Positions 49,101 to 59,603 of a stretch of DNA of 64,000 nt are shown piece after piece. Location of the stretch: the NCBI GenBank assembly GCA_027451965.1, contig DAIDHJ010000001.1:162368-226367 (forward strand), read 5' to 3'. This stretch comes from Candidatus Adlerbacteria bacterium. GTDB taxonomy: Bacteria > Patescibacteriota > Minisyncoccia > Phycocordibacterales > SBAW01. Position 1 is the stretch's first letter; each line of letters opens with the position of its first letter. Under the pieces are notes generated by a model. The model saw only the letters and a program-made list of their open reading frames with translations. It was not told the DNA's origin and searched no databases. The position numbers and the translations under genes were made by a program.

Positions 49101-50180
49101 ATGGCGTTTTCTATTGGATCATTTTTCTCAAAAGAGCAAAAAAGCGTAGTGGGTATTGATATCGGCACTTCGGCCATAAAAGTGGTGCAGCTACGGCGCG
49201 ATCACGGCAAGGTCATTTTGGAAACGTACGGTGCTATTGCCTTGGGTCCTTATGCAGGATTGGAAGTCGGACGGGCCACCTCACTTCCTGTTGAAAAAAT
49301 TACCGAGGCGCTCAAGGATGTTATTCGGGAAGCACGAGTCACTACTACTGATGCGGCAGTTTCTATTCCCTATGCCTTGAGCCTTATTTCCATCATTAAA
49401 CTGCCGACATCAGTCGAAAAAAAGCTGGCACAAGTCGTGCCGCTTGAAGCCCGCAAATATATTCCCGTTCCCATCAACGAAGTGCAATTGGATTGGTTCG
49501 TGCTTTCGGGAGGAGGGAAGGAGGCAACGCCAGGAGGAAAACTGGAAGTGCTGATGGTGGCGATACATAACGATACGCTCACTAATTTCAAAAATATTAT
49601 CAGTGGCGCTGCGCTCACCCCCGCATTTTTTGAAATTGAAGTGTTTAGTACGGTTCGTTCAGGACTTGATCGAGGTATCGCGCCGCTTGCAGTGGTTGAT
49701 ATGGGAGCGGCTACCACCAAATTTTATGTGGTAGAGCGCGGCTTAATTCGAGAAAGCCACATCATCAATCATGGTGGACAAGATCTTACGCTCGCTGCCT
49801 CCCGCGCGCTTAATATCAGCGTGGCACAGGCAGAGGAACGAAAACGCAAATTCGGGCTTCTTCCAGAGGCAGGGCAAGAACTCAACCAGGCGCTCAGCCT
49901 TTCCTTGGAACCCCTCCTTTCAGAGCTTACGCGTACCGTTGCTGCATACGAACAGCGTATGAACGAGTCGCTTGAAGCAATGGTGATTACCGGAGGCGCA
50001 GCGACGATAAAAGGATTTAAAGAATTCGCACAGACGAGACTGCAGAATGAAATACGCCTCGCAGATCCGTTTGGAAAAACCCAAGCACCGGCGTTTTTGG
50101 AAGGAATACTCAAAGAGGCAGGACCGGAATTTTCTGTAGCGGTAGGATTGGCACTGCGTCGCCTCCAAGAACAGGGGTAA
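49101..50180 (+). CDS. pilM: Type IV pilus assembly protein PilM (actin-like ATPase fold)
   Basis: VVGIDIGTSAIKVVQL…, at the head of the pilus operon. Confidence 0.85.
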   Translation: MAFSIGSFFSKEQKSVVGIDIGTSAIKVVQLRRDHGKVILETYGAIALGPYAGLEVGRATSLPVEKITEALKDVIREARVTTTDAAVSIPYALSLISIIKLPTSVEKKLAQVVPLEARKYIPVPINEVQLDWFVLSGGGKEATPGGKLEVLMVAIHNDTLTNFKNIISGAALTPAFFEIEVFSTVRSGLDRGIAPLAVVDMGAATTKFYVVERGLIRESHIINHGGQDLTLAASRALNISVAQAEERKRKFGLLPEAGQELNQALSLSLEPLLSELTRTVAAYEQRMNESLEAMVITGGAATIKGFKEFAQTRLQNEIRLADPFGKTQAPAFLEGILKEAGPEFSVAVGLALRRLQEQG

Positions 50181-50231
50181 TTCTGTTGATAGAAATACCC
50201 TTGAAGAAATTTTTAACGCTATACTATATAT

Positions 50232-50906
50232 ATGGACTCTCCTGTTCCTTCTTCGTTCATACCTAAAAAGGCCTTTACTCCCACTCCACTACCTACTCCT
50301 TCGGTCGGAGGAAATGGCATTATATATGCCGTATGCCTCTTTTTGTTTGTTGTTTCGCTTTTGGCCGCAGGAGGAGTATTCGCCTACCAAGCCTATTTGA
50401 CACAAACGATTGCGGATAACGGCGCTATTTTAACAAAAGATCAAACAGCTCTTGATTTTCCAGCAATTGAGGATTTGGTACGCCTTGATTCTCGCATAAC
50501 ACAAGCAAAAACCCTCCTCGCACGGCATGTTGCCCCGTCCTCTATTTTTGCATTTCTCTCTCAAGAAACGCTGCAGAATGTACAATTCACCACGTTTAAG
50601 TACGATATCCAGCCGGACGGATCAGCAACTATAAAACTTGATGGAGTTGCTGATTCATTCTCTACCGTTGCCTTGCAGAGCGATCAGTTAAGCAACAGTA
50701 CCTTGCTCAAGGATATTCTGTTCACCAATCTCAATACGAATCCCAATGGGCAAGTTACGTTTACGGTACAAGCAACGGTAGTTCCTGCTCTATTCCTGTA
50801 TAGCTCAACACTGGGAACCCCGGTATCAACAACTCCTACAGTTTCAGCAACAACTACACCTGCAACTACAAGCGGAACATCCACCGCCACATCTTCACAC
50901 CCATAA
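50232..50906 (+). CDS. pilN: PilN-like bitopic pilus assembly protein
   Basis: Single TM (IIYAVCLFLFVVSLLAAGGVFAY), a periplasmic domain and a Thr/Ser-rich tail. Its position after pilM supports the call. Confidence 0.6.
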   Translation: MDSPVPSSFIPKKAFTPTPLPTPSVGGNGIIYAVCLFLFVVSLLAAGGVFAYQAYLTQTIADNGAILTKDQTALDFPAIEDLVRLDSRITQAKTLLARHVAPSSIFAFLSQETLQNVQFTTFKYDIQPDGSATIKLDGVADSFSTVALQSDQLSNSTLLKDILFTNLNTNPNGQVTFTVQATVVPALFLYSSTLGTPVSTTPTVSATTTPATTSGTSTATSSHP

Positions 50907-50908
50907 CT

Positions 50909-51451
50909 ATGATGCGTATTATTATGCCACTCCTTCTTCTCGCAGCCGCCATCGGGTTATTTGTGGTATATACCAACCCAACCTACCAGCAGGTACAAGC
51001 GCAAAGTGCCCAAGCTTCGCAGTTAAATGATGCGCTCCTCAAAGCGCAGCAGCTGCAAAGTTTGCGCGATCAGCTCATGGCAAAGCGCAATGCCTTTGCT
51101 GCAAGCGATCTCACGAAACTGCAAAACATTCTTCCAGATAATGTCGATAACATACGGCTTATTCTCGATATCAATAATGTTGCCTATCGGCATGGGTTGA
51201 CCTTGAGTAACCTGAAGTTAAATACCAGTTCTGATTCGCAAGGGAATAATACCGTTGTTGGTTCCACCGGTCCCATAGGTTCATTGCAAATAGGGTTTTC
51301 CGTTACCACTGACTACAACACATTCATTGCATTTCTTCAGGATCTTGAACACAGCGAGCGATTGATCGATATTACGGATATTTCATTTGTCACAGATACC
51401 AGTAGTCTTACTACGTATAACATTACCTTCCGCACCTATTGGCTTCATTAA
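50909..51451 (+). CDS. pilO: PilO-like pilus assembly protein
   Basis: TM plus coiled-coil (QQVQAQSAQASQLNDALLKAQQLQSLRDQL), then a beta-rich C-terminus. It follows pilN directly. Confidence 0.6.
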   Translation: MMRIIMPLLLLAAAIGLFVVYTNPTYQQVQAQSAQASQLNDALLKAQQLQSLRDQLMAKRNAFAASDLTKLQNILPDNVDNIRLILDINNVAYRHGLTLSNLKLNTSSDSQGNNTVVGSTGPIGSLQIGFSVTTDYNTFIAFLQDLEHSERLIDITDISFVTDTSSLTTYNITFRTYWLH

Positions 51452-51455
51452 TACT

Positions 51456-51776
51456 ATGAATTTTATTAAAAAAAATTTGCTATTTATTCTCGGAGCAGTG
51501 ATTGTATTGGGAGGATTGTTTTATTATATGTCTAACAGCGGTGCGCCAACGCCACTTCTCACATCGAGCGCTTCAAGTAACTCTCCAGTTACACAGCAAC
51601 TACTCGTCTCTCTTTCCAGTCTACATACGATCACGCTTGATAATGCAATCTTTTCTGATCCAGTATTCGTCTCTTTGACGGATTTCGGAGTACAAATTGC
51701 TCCTGAAAATGTTGGCCGAGGAAATCCATTCGCACCGTTTGGTACTGCAGTTCCGGCAAAACAGGGGCATTCATAG
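51456..51776 (+). CDS. Small TM-anchored pilus-operon protein (PilP-position), function unknown
   Basis: MNFIKKNLLFILGAVIVLGGLFYY… ending GRGNPFAPF. The internal start was chosen because the track ORF overlaps pilO. Confidence 0.45.
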   Translation: MNFIKKNLLFILGAVIVLGGLFYYMSNSGAPTPLLTSSASSNSPVTQQLLVSLSSLHTITLDNAIFSDPVFVSLTDFGVQIAPENVGRGNPFAPFGTAVPAKQGHS

Positions 51777-51784
51777 TATGTGTT

Positions 51785-53629
51785 ATGGATCTTATACATA
51801 TACTTCTTCAAAAAGGCATACTCCAACAAGAACAGCTTTCTGGGCTTGAGCAAGCTATAAAAAGTTCCGGTGCTTCACAGGAAGCACTTCTTGCAAATGC
51901 TGGCATCGCTCTAGAAGATATTCTGAAAGCAAAAGGGGAGTACTACAACATTCCCACCCGCATTTTAGGTAGTAAGACGCTTTCATTCCAAACACTTCGG
52001 TTAATACCGGAGGAATCCGCACGTCATTATGGATTCGTACCGCTCGGCATTGTTGATAGTGCGCTTGAAGTAGGTGTTACTGATCCAGACAATTTGGCAG
52101 CGCGTGATGCTCTCTCATTTATATCCGGGAAATTGGGCATGCCGTATAAGGTATTTCTTATTACGGAATCTGATTTTGAAAAAGTTCTTCAGCAATATAA
52201 AGGTCTCTCGGGAGAGGTGGGAACCGCACTCACCGAATTGGAAACAGATGCTGCGGAAGAAAAGAAGGGACAGCAAGGGAAGCGATTCACTTCCATAGAA
52301 GAGGAAACGATAACCGACACTTCGAGTGAAGCAGTTACCGAAGATGCGCCTATTACAAAAATTGTAGCAACCATTTTGCGCCACGCATCCGAACAGCGAG
52401 CATCCGACATTCACATAGAACCGTTCCCGGACGAAAGTCGTATTCGATTTCGTATTGACGGTGTTTTAATCACGAGCATCACGCTTCCTGCAAAAATACA
52501 CCCTGCGGTTGCCGCACGTATTAAAGTGCTTTCAAATATGCGTCTTGATGAAAAACGGCGTCCACAAGACGGTCGTTTTTCAGCGCGTATTTCTGGAGAA
52601 AAAGTAGATTTCCGTGTCTCCACGTTTCCGACTTATTACGGCGAAAAGGTTGAAATGCGTATTTTGGGAACATCTGCAATGGCAATCAAACTGGAGGATC
52701 TTGGTTTTTCAGACCACAATCGGGAAATGATTCGTGCGGCTATTAAAAAACCCTACGGCATGATCCTCATTTCCGGACCTACCGGTTCAGGAAAATCAAC
52801 CACTCTGTATGCTATTCTGAATGAAATTGACCGAGACAAACAAAATGTATTGTCTTTGGAAGATCCGGTCGAATATACCATTCCAGGCGTCTCACAATCG
52901 CAAGTACGTCCAGAAATAGGATATACCTTCGCTACCGGACTACGCACTACGCTTCGACAAGATCCAAACGTTATCATGGTGGGTGAGATCCGAGATGCAG
53001 AAACGGCAGATTTGGCCGTGCAAGCGGCACTTACCGGACACCTGGTGCTCTCTACCATTCACACTAATAATGCTATAGGTATTGTCCCTCGACTACTTGA
53101 TATGAAAATAGAACCGTACCTTATTCCGCCAGTACTTATTCTTGGTATGGCACAGCGTCTGGTACGGACACTTCCTCCAAATGGCGGAAAAAAGGTGCCG
53201 GTTGAAGGAAGTATACAAACGATGATTGAAAAAGAGTTTTCTGACCTGCCGGCACAATTCAAAGATGAGATACCCCCTATGAAAGAAATCTATCGTTTGC
53301 ATCCAACTCCAGAATTTCCCACTGGTACCAAAGGACGTGTTGCAGTATCAGAGCTCTATGAAATGACACCGGAACTCGAACGAGCCATCGTTGCAAACAA
53401 ACCTGAACAAGATTTATCAGCCATTGTGCGTAAATACGGTATGCTCACCATGAAAGAGGATGCTATCATTAAGGCTGCTCGAGGAATAATTCCTCTTGAA
53501 GAGATAAATACCTTAGGAGGTGGTTTTGATTTTTCCGATACAGATGCTGATCACATGCCGGCTCCTACACCCACCGTGCTTGGGGAAGATATTGCTTCCG
53601 AAGATCTTACAGACGAGGTACAGCTATGA
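51785..53629 (+). CDS. pilB: Type IV pilus extension ATPase PilB (GspE family), canonical motifs intact
   Basis: Walker A ISGPTGSGKSTTLYAIL, Asp box LEDPVEY, Walker B DPNVIMVGEIRD and His box GHLVLSTIHTNNA. Confidence 0.9.
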   Translation: MDLIHILLQKGILQQEQLSGLEQAIKSSGASQEALLANAGIALEDILKAKGEYYNIPTRILGSKTLSFQTLRLIPEESARHYGFVPLGIVDSALEVGVTDPDNLAARDALSFISGKLGMPYKVFLITESDFEKVLQQYKGLSGEVGTALTELETDAAEEKKGQQGKRFTSIEEETITDTSSEAVTEDAPITKIVATILRHASEQRASDIHIEPFPDESRIRFRIDGVLITSITLPAKIHPAVAARIKVLSNMRLDEKRRPQDGRFSARISGEKVDFRVSTFPTYYGEKVEMRILGTSAMAIKLEDLGFSDHNREMIRAAIKKPYGMILISGPTGSGKSTTLYAILNEIDRDKQNVLSLEDPVEYTIPGVSQSQVRPEIGYTFATGLRTTLRQDPNVIMVGEIRDAETADLAVQAALTGHLVLSTIHTNNAIGIVPRLLDMKIEPYLIPPVLILGMAQRLVRTLPPNGGKKVPVEGSIQTMIEKEFSDLPAQFKDEIPPMKEIYRLHPTPEFPTGTKGRVAVSELYEMTPELERAIVANKPEQDLSAIVRKYGMLTMKEDAIIKAARGIIPLEEINTLGGGFDFSDTDADHMPAPTPTVLGEDIASEDLTDEVQL

Positions 53630-54687
53630 ATTACGAACAACTACTCGCTTCGCTCATCAATCAGGTTATTGCGCAAGGAGCGTCTGACTTGCATTTAACA
53701 GTGGGAAGTCGCCCGATTATTCGTGTATCTGGTGTGCTTATTCCATTTTTCTCTGAAACGAAACTTACCAATGAAGATGTAAAAGGATTACTGGAGCGCA
53801 TGGTGCCTCCTGATCGCATGCAAAAATTTCTTGAAACGCAGGAAATGGATTTCTCATTCTCGTATGGGAACCAAGCCCGTTTTCGAGGAAATGCTTTCTT
53901 CGAACGAGGGACTATCGGTGTAGCACTTCGCTTCATCCCGAAGGTAATCAAAACAATTGGAGAACTTAATTTACCACAATCACTTGAGCAGTTTGCAGCG
54001 CTTCAGCATGGTTTCTTTCTGGTAGTTGGACCAGTAGGACAAGGGAAATCGACAACGCTAGCTTCACTTATCGAAAAGATCAATACTGAACGCACAGAAC
54101 ATATCATTACCATTGAAGATCCGATTGAATATCTGTTTGAAAATAAAAAATCAATCATTGATCAGCGTGAAGTGCATCTCGACACTCCTTCTTTTGAAAG
54201 TGCACTGGAATCCATGTTTCGTCAGGATGTAGACGTACTCATGATTGGGGAAATGCGTACGCCGGAAACTATTGCTACTGCGGTCACTGCTGCAGAAACC
54301 GGACATCTGGTGCTTTCTACGCTTCATACTAACAATGCATCGCAAACCATTGATCGCATCATCGATTCATTTCCTGCTACGCAACAGGATCAGATTCGCA
54401 TCCAGCTTGCTGGATCGCTCGCGGGAATCTTTTCGCAGCGCCTGATCCCTCGTATTTCAGGAGGACTTATTGTGGCATATGAATTGCTTATCAATACAAA
54501 AGCAGTGGCAAATTTGATTCGTGAAAAACGGACTCCTGAAATCGATGCGATTATCGAAACGTCTTCGCAAGAAGGAATGGTTGATATCAATCGATCGCTC
54601 GCCGATTTGGTTCGAGCGGGAGAAATTACTGCAGAAAATGCCTATGCGCAATCCTGGAATCCAAAGAATCTTGAGCGATTGCTGTAA
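53626..54687 (+). CDS. pilT: Type IV pilus retraction ATPase PilT
   Basis: GASDLHLTVGSRPIIRVSG…LVVGPVGQGKSTTLASLIEKIN…MIGEMR…GHLVLSTLHTNNA. The 353 aa length fits PilT. Confidence 0.85.
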   Translation: MNYEQLLASLINQVIAQGASDLHLTVGSRPIIRVSGVLIPFFSETKLTNEDVKGLLERMVPPDRMQKFLETQEMDFSFSYGNQARFRGNAFFERGTIGVALRFIPKVIKTIGELNLPQSLEQFAALQHGFFLVVGPVGQGKSTTLASLIEKINTERTEHIITIEDPIEYLFENKKSIIDQREVHLDTPSFESALESMFRQDVDVLMIGEMRTPETIATAVTAAETGHLVLSTLHTNNASQTIDRIIDSFPATQQDQIRIQLAGSLAGIFSQRLIPRISGGLIVAYELLINTKAVANLIREKRTPEIDAIIETSSQEGMVDINRSLADLVRAGEITAENAYAQSWNPKNLERLL

Positions 54688-54693
54688 ACATAT

Positions 54694-55908
54694 ATGGAAT
54701 ATCGATGGGAAGGATTAGATCAGGAGGGAAGAGCGCAAAGCGGTACTGAAAATGCCGCGAATGAGGAAGCGGCAATTGCGCTGCTCCAACGTCGTGGTCT
54801 TACGCTTACCGCATTTGGACCGAAAGAACAGCAGGGCATACTCGGCTCTTTAAAAACCCTTTCTTTTTTCAATACGGTAAGTAGCCGCAGTATCGTTGTG
54901 CTTTCTCGTCAGCTCGCCACGCTTTTTGAAGCGGGCGTATCTCCATTGCGCATCTTCCAATTGCTTGGGGAACAAGCGGAAACGCCGTATCTGCGCCAGG
55001 TGCTTACTGATATCAGTGATGAACTGCAGGCAGGTAAAAGTATTTCCCAGGCACTCAGCAAATATCCTAAGGTATTTTCTGATTTTTACGTCAATATGGT
55101 GCGCGCCGGAGAAGAAACAGGAAAACTCAATCAAACATTCCTCTTTCTCGCAGATCATATCGATAAGTCATATGAAGTGACCAGTAAAGTGCGCAATGCA
55201 CTCATTTATCCTGCCTTCGTGATTGTGACATTCGTTTCGGTGATGATCCTCATGATTACCTACATCATTCCGAAAATTGGAGACGTGCTCACGAGCTCCG
55301 GAGGGACGCTTCCTATATATACCCAATTTATTCTTGGCATGAGCGGCTTCTTCGTGAATTATGGAGTATTTCTCCTCATCATCTGTATTATTGGCGGTTA
55401 TTTTCTTGTGCGATATGCACGTACACCAGCGGGAAGGATGAATGTATCAAAACTGCAAATCACTGTTCCGTACGTAGGAAACTTGTATCAAAAATTGTAT
55501 CTCTCGCGCATTGCCGACAATATGCATGTCATGTTGGTAAGCGGCATTTCCACCGTGCGCGCACTGGAAATCACTGGCCAAGTAGTACAAAACGGAGTGT
55601 ATGAAAATATCATCCATGAGGCGGTGGAAGGAGTAAAGGCGGGACAGCCAATGCATGAAATATTCTCCCGTTATCCAAAAGAAATCCCTTCCATTATGGT
55701 TCAAATGTTGCAAATCGGTAATGAAACTGGAGAAACTGCCAATGTATTGGATCGGTTAGGTCATTTTTATGATCGGGAAGTAACTGCGGCAGTTGATACG
55801 CTTGTTTCTATGATTGAACCGGTAATGATCGTTATTTTGGGAGTTGGAGTCGCATTCTTACTGGCTTCCGTGCTGGTGCCGATTTACAATACTGCCAGCC
55901 AGCTCTAA
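54694..55908 (+). CDS. pilC: Type IV pilus platform protein PilC (GspF family)
   Basis: Two T2SSF repeats and three TM. 404 aa. Confidence 0.85.
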   Translation: MEYRWEGLDQEGRAQSGTENAANEEAAIALLQRRGLTLTAFGPKEQQGILGSLKTLSFFNTVSSRSIVVLSRQLATLFEAGVSPLRIFQLLGEQAETPYLRQVLTDISDELQAGKSISQALSKYPKVFSDFYVNMVRAGEETGKLNQTFLFLADHIDKSYEVTSKVRNALIYPAFVIVTFVSVMILMITYIIPKIGDVLTSSGGTLPIYTQFILGMSGFFVNYGVFLLIICIIGGYFLVRYARTPAGRMNVSKLQITVPYVGNLYQKLYLSRIADNMHVMLVSGISTVRALEITGQVVQNGVYENIIHEAVEGVKAGQPMHEIFSRYPKEIPSIMVQMLQIGNETGETANVLDRLGHFYDREVTAAVDTLVSMIEPVMIVILGVGVAFLLASVLVPIYNTASQL

Positions 55909-55989
55909 AGTGGCTTTTATCCACAGCGATCCTTTAAAAAGGATGTACTAACGGTATACTTAAAATATCTTACAAATCTGGCTTTATCC

Positions 55990-56481
55990 ATGTATACATC
56001 ACTAAAACGCGGCTTCACCCTCATCGAACTTCTGGTCGTTATCGCTATCATCGGCATTCTTGCTTCTATTGTGCTCGTTTCTCTCAATTCAGCACGCAGT
56101 AAAGGTCGCGATGCAAACCGTGTTGCGTCACTTCAGGAAATGTCCAAAGCAATTGAATTAGCTGACACTGGCGAACCAATAGCACTTGTAGGATGTACTG
56201 TAGCTGGAGCAAAAGCAAACACTTGTACTGGTCCTTCTCCTGTGAATTTTGCGAGCTATGCGGATCCGCTCGTTGGTTCTGCCGGAGCAGCTTGTACGCA
56301 TACGAGTGCCGCTGCGTGCCAGTATTCAATAGGAGTACAGGGTGCTATAGGAACAGGAGGGGCAACAACGGAAAATTATGAAATTTGTAGCTATCTTGAA
56401 GTCGGTTCAGGACCGCTTGCCGCAGGATTGGTGCATGTAGGAAGCGATACCGGAGGAGCTGTGGAAGCTGGATGTCTTTAA
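55990..56481 (+). CDS. Type IV pilin (major-pilin candidate)
   Basis: [45 protein letters not shown]…. Confidence 0.85.
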   Translation: MYTSLKRGFTLIELLVVIAIIGILASIVLVSLNSARSKGRDANRVASLQEMSKAIELADTGEPIALVGCTVAGAKANTCTGPSPVNFASYADPLVGSAGAACTHTSAAACQYSIGVQGAIGTGGATTENYEICSYLEVGSGPLAAGLVHVGSDTGGAVEAGCL

Positions 56482-56577
56482 TATAAATTAATAGAAAAAC
56501 TTCCCATCACACGGGAAGTTTTTCTTAGTTAGAACAAAGTCATTATGGTTAGTGTGTATTAAGGTACAATAGAATAT

Positions 56578-57102
56578 ATGAAGAAAAGAGGTTTTACCCT
56601 TATTGAACTATTGGTCGTTATCTCTATTATAGGTATTCTTGCCTCTATCATTACTGTTTCTTTGAGTACTGCACGTGCTAAGGGTCGTGATGCAAAACGT
56701 ATAGCTGATATTCGTTCCATACAGCTTTCGCTTGAAGAGTATTACAACGACAACGGCACATTTCCTATGCAGTTGAGTACGCTGGTACCGACCTACATTA
56801 ATCCGCTTCCCGTAGACCCCACTACTGGTTCATCCTATCTGTATGTGCCGCTTGGTGCTTCTGGTTGTAATGCAACAAGCGCTAATCCGGTTGCTGCATA
56901 TCATCTTGGTGCTGTACTTGAACAGCAAAATACAGCAGCACAACAAGATACCAATACCTGTCCCAAAGGCAGCTCCTGCACGTATGGAACATCTGCCACG
57001 TTGGCAGCATGTAGTGGAAGCGATTTTTATGGTTCTAGTCAAACGTGTAACGGAACAAATAGTAGTACCGATCTGTGCTACGACGTGACCAATACTAACT
57101 AA
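56578..57102 (+). CDS. Type IV pilin (second pilin)
   Basis: [47 protein letters not shown]…. Confidence 0.85.
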   Translation: MKKRGFTLIELLVVISIIGILASIITVSLSTARAKGRDAKRIADIRSIQLSLEEYYNDNGTFPMQLSTLVPTYINPLPVDPTTGSSYLYVPLGASGCNATSANPVAAYHLGAVLEQQNTAAQQDTNTCPKGSSCTYGTSATLAACSGSDFYGSSQTCNGTNSSTDLCYDVTNTN

Positions 57103-57107
57103 ATGAA

Positions 57108-57884
57108 ATGAACAGTGCATCACTCATCCTGGTCGCTCTTCTGGGAGCTATTGTAGGAAGTTTTATCAATGCACTCTCATTTCGATTCCATACGGGGAAT
57201 TCAATCATTCTCGGTCGTTCTAAATGTATGCGTTGCGGTCATATTCTGGCTGCGTACGATCTTATACCAATTATTTCTTATCTTATCTTGCGAGGAAGAT
57301 GTCGCTATTGCAGAGCACATATATCACTTCAATATCCATTAGTTGAAGGTATCGCAACATTTCTTGCTGTTGGCATATATACCATTACCTATACTGAACC
57401 ACTTTTATTTGCGTACTGGTTTGTTGTATGGATGATTCTGTTGTTCATCAGCATCTATGATATGAGGCATGCCATTATCCCTTCTGTATGTTCTGTCATA
57501 TTGGCAGTGTTAGCATTGAGCCACGCTGCATTTTTCAGTGTCTCTCTTACAGCCATCCTTGCTGGACCGCTGTTAGCATTACCGTTATTTTTACTATCTT
57601 TGATTTCAAAAGGTACGTGGATGGGATGGGGAGATAGCGCATTAGAATTATCTCTTGGGTGGTTGTTGGGAATATGGCCCGGGCTTACGGCGCTTTTATT
57701 TGGATTCTGGATCGGAGCTGGTGTCGGCGTGATACTGTTATTCGCATCACATCGATGGAATCGAATGCATTCTCGTTTTACAATGAAAAGTGAGATTCCC
57801 TTCGCACCGTTTCTGATTCTTGGGGTAGCAATAGTGTACTTTTTCCATGTCAATATTTTCTCATCAATACCGAGCATCCTCTAA
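57108..57884 (+). CDS. pilD: Prepilin peptidase PilD (A24 family)
   Basis: N-terminal CxxC…CxxC (CMRCGH…CRYCRA), 6-8 TM, with conserved Asp-containing loops. Confidence 0.85.
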   Translation: MNSASLILVALLGAIVGSFINALSFRFHTGNSIILGRSKCMRCGHILAAYDLIPIISYLILRGRCRYCRAHISLQYPLVEGIATFLAVGIYTITYTEPLLFAYWFVVWMILLFISIYDMRHAIIPSVCSVILAVLALSHAAFFSVSLTAILAGPLLALPLFLLSLISKGTWMGWGDSALELSLGWLLGIWPGLTALLFGFWIGAGVGVILLFASHRWNRMHSRFTMKSEIPFAPFLILGVAIVYFFHVNIFSSIPSIL

Positions 57885-58467
57885 ACGCGGATTTACGCTG
57901 ATCGAACTGCTTGTAGTTATTTCCATCATGATGATCATCAGTACGGTATTGTTGTTTCGCCAACAACAGTTCAACAGTTCAACTGTATTGCGTTCATTGG
58001 GATATAGTGTTGCGCTTTCCATTCATCAAGCGCAGGTATACGGTATTTCCATTAAACAGGATACCTCTGGTCAGTTTGCTCCTGCATACGGTATCTATTT
58101 CAATGCAAACAATCCATCTCAATACATCTTGTTTGCAGATGTTGGCGGAACGGGACAATATACCGGTTCATCTGAAAACGTACAAGTGTTTACCCTCAAT
58201 CAAGGGTATACGGTTAAAAATATTTGCGGAGGATCTACTGATTGCTCTGGTTCGGGAAGTATCACATGGATGACCATCATGTTTCGACGCCCTAATCCAG
58301 AAGCATGCATTGCAACTAGTATTCATCCAACCGCCTGTGCTATTTCTGGCGGAACACCAGCATATGCTTCCGCGTACGTGCAGCTCAGTTCTCAAGGAGG
58401 AAGTACGCGAGGTATTACTGTTTCTTCTACCGGAGAAATATCTGTTTCAAACAGCGCCGGATCATGA
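57847..58467 (+). CDS. Minor pilin / pseudopilin
   Basis: …[22 protein letters not shown]…, with a 15-aa leader. It overlaps the pilD 3' end by 38 nt. Confidence 0.7.
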   Translation: MSIFSHQYRASSKRGFTLIELLVVISIMMIISTVLLFRQQQFNSSTVLRSLGYSVALSIHQAQVYGISIKQDTSGQFAPAYGIYFNANNPSQYILFADVGGTGQYTGSSENVQVFTLNQGYTVKNICGGSTDCSGSGSITWMTIMFRRPNPEACIATSIHPTACAISGGTPAYASAYVQLSSQGGSTRGITVSSTGEISVSNSAGS

Positions 58468-59069
58468 AGAAGTATATGTATAGCAAAGGATTCACTCTTA
58501 TTGAAATGCTGGTGGCAGTTGGTCTGTTCACAGTCATCATGGTTATTGCGCTTGGTGCACTGCTCGTGTTGTCAGGAGCAGACCGCCGCGCAGAGGATCT
58601 CAAAACCTCTGTTGATAATCTGAATTTTGCGCTTGATAGCATGTCGCGCGCTATCCGCACTGGAACGAACTATCACTGCGGCGCTCCCGCAGTGACACTC
58701 AATAGTATAAAATCAGAACCGCAAAATTGTACGACTGGTGCAAATTACTTCGCATTCATCAACAGCGACGGAGCATTGGTGGAGTATCAATTGGACACTT
58801 CGTGTTCAACACAGGCATGTGCCGTCGACCAGCAGATTACTCCGCCTAATGGGCAACCGAGTGGTTTTCAACCACTGACCGCTCCTCAAGTTATTATCAA
58901 TGACACTAACCCTATTTTCTATGTAGTGGGCGCTCTTCCTAAATCGCAAGGGGATACCATTCAGCCTAAAGTCACCATGTTGCTTCATGGTAGTGTGACG
59001 GGAAGCACCTATCTCTCTTCAACATTCAATCTGCAAACATCGGTAACACAACGCCTTTATGATCAGTAA
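58464..59069 (+). CDS. Minor pilin / pseudopilin
   Basis: MKKYMYSKGFTLIEMLVAVGLFTVIMVIALGAL…. Confidence 0.75.
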   Translation: MKKYMYSKGFTLIEMLVAVGLFTVIMVIALGALLVLSGADRRAEDLKTSVDNLNFALDSMSRAIRTGTNYHCGAPAVTLNSIKSEPQNCTTGANYFAFINSDGALVEYQLDTSCSTQACAVDQQITPPNGQPSGFQPLTAPQVIINDTNPIFYVVGALPKSQGDTIQPKVTMLLHGSVTGSTYLSSTFNLQTSVTQRLYDQ

Positions 59070-59601
59070 AAAGCAACGTATTTCTCTAAAAGGGTTTACA
59101 CTCCTTGAAACATTGGTGGCAATACTCATTTTGACCATGGCTGTTGCTGCACCTATATATGTGGCAGGGAAGAGCTTACATGCCGCATTAATTGCTAAGG
59201 ACGAAATAACTGCATATTACTTAGCACAAGATGCCATGGAGTACATCCGGTTTGTCCGAGATAGTAATACTTTGGGAGGAAATCCGTGGTTGACCGGATT
59301 GGGAGCATGTACAAGTGCCAATGGAAACACTACTTGCACTGTTGATTCTTTCAATAATAGTGTAGCGGCGTGTAGCGGTGTTTGCCCACCACTCAATTAC
59401 GATGCAAAAGATAATGGAGGCTATTATACCTACGGTGCTGGTTCACCATCAATGTTTACTAGAACTGTTTCGATCGTATCTCCAGTCTCTACAATACCCA
59501 CTAGCGATGAAGGCTTCGTTACCGTAGTGGTGACCTGGAAAGATGAAGGTGGACTTTCTCATACCGTCCAGATAGAAGAAGATATGCTTAACTGGCAATA
59601 A
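59059..59601 (+). CDS. Minor pilin / pseudopilin (GspI/PilV-like)
   Basis: …SLKGFTLLETLVAILILTMAVAAPIYVA…. Confidence 0.75.
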   Translation: MISKKQRISLKGFTLLETLVAILILTMAVAAPIYVAGKSLHAALIAKDEITAYYLAQDAMEYIRFVRDSNTLGGNPWLTGLGACTSANGNTTCTVDSFNNSVAACSGVCPPLNYDAKDNGGYYTYGAGSPSMFTRTVSIVSPVSTIPTSDEGFVTVVVTWKDEGGLSHTVQIEEDMLNWQ

Positions 59602-59603
59602 AC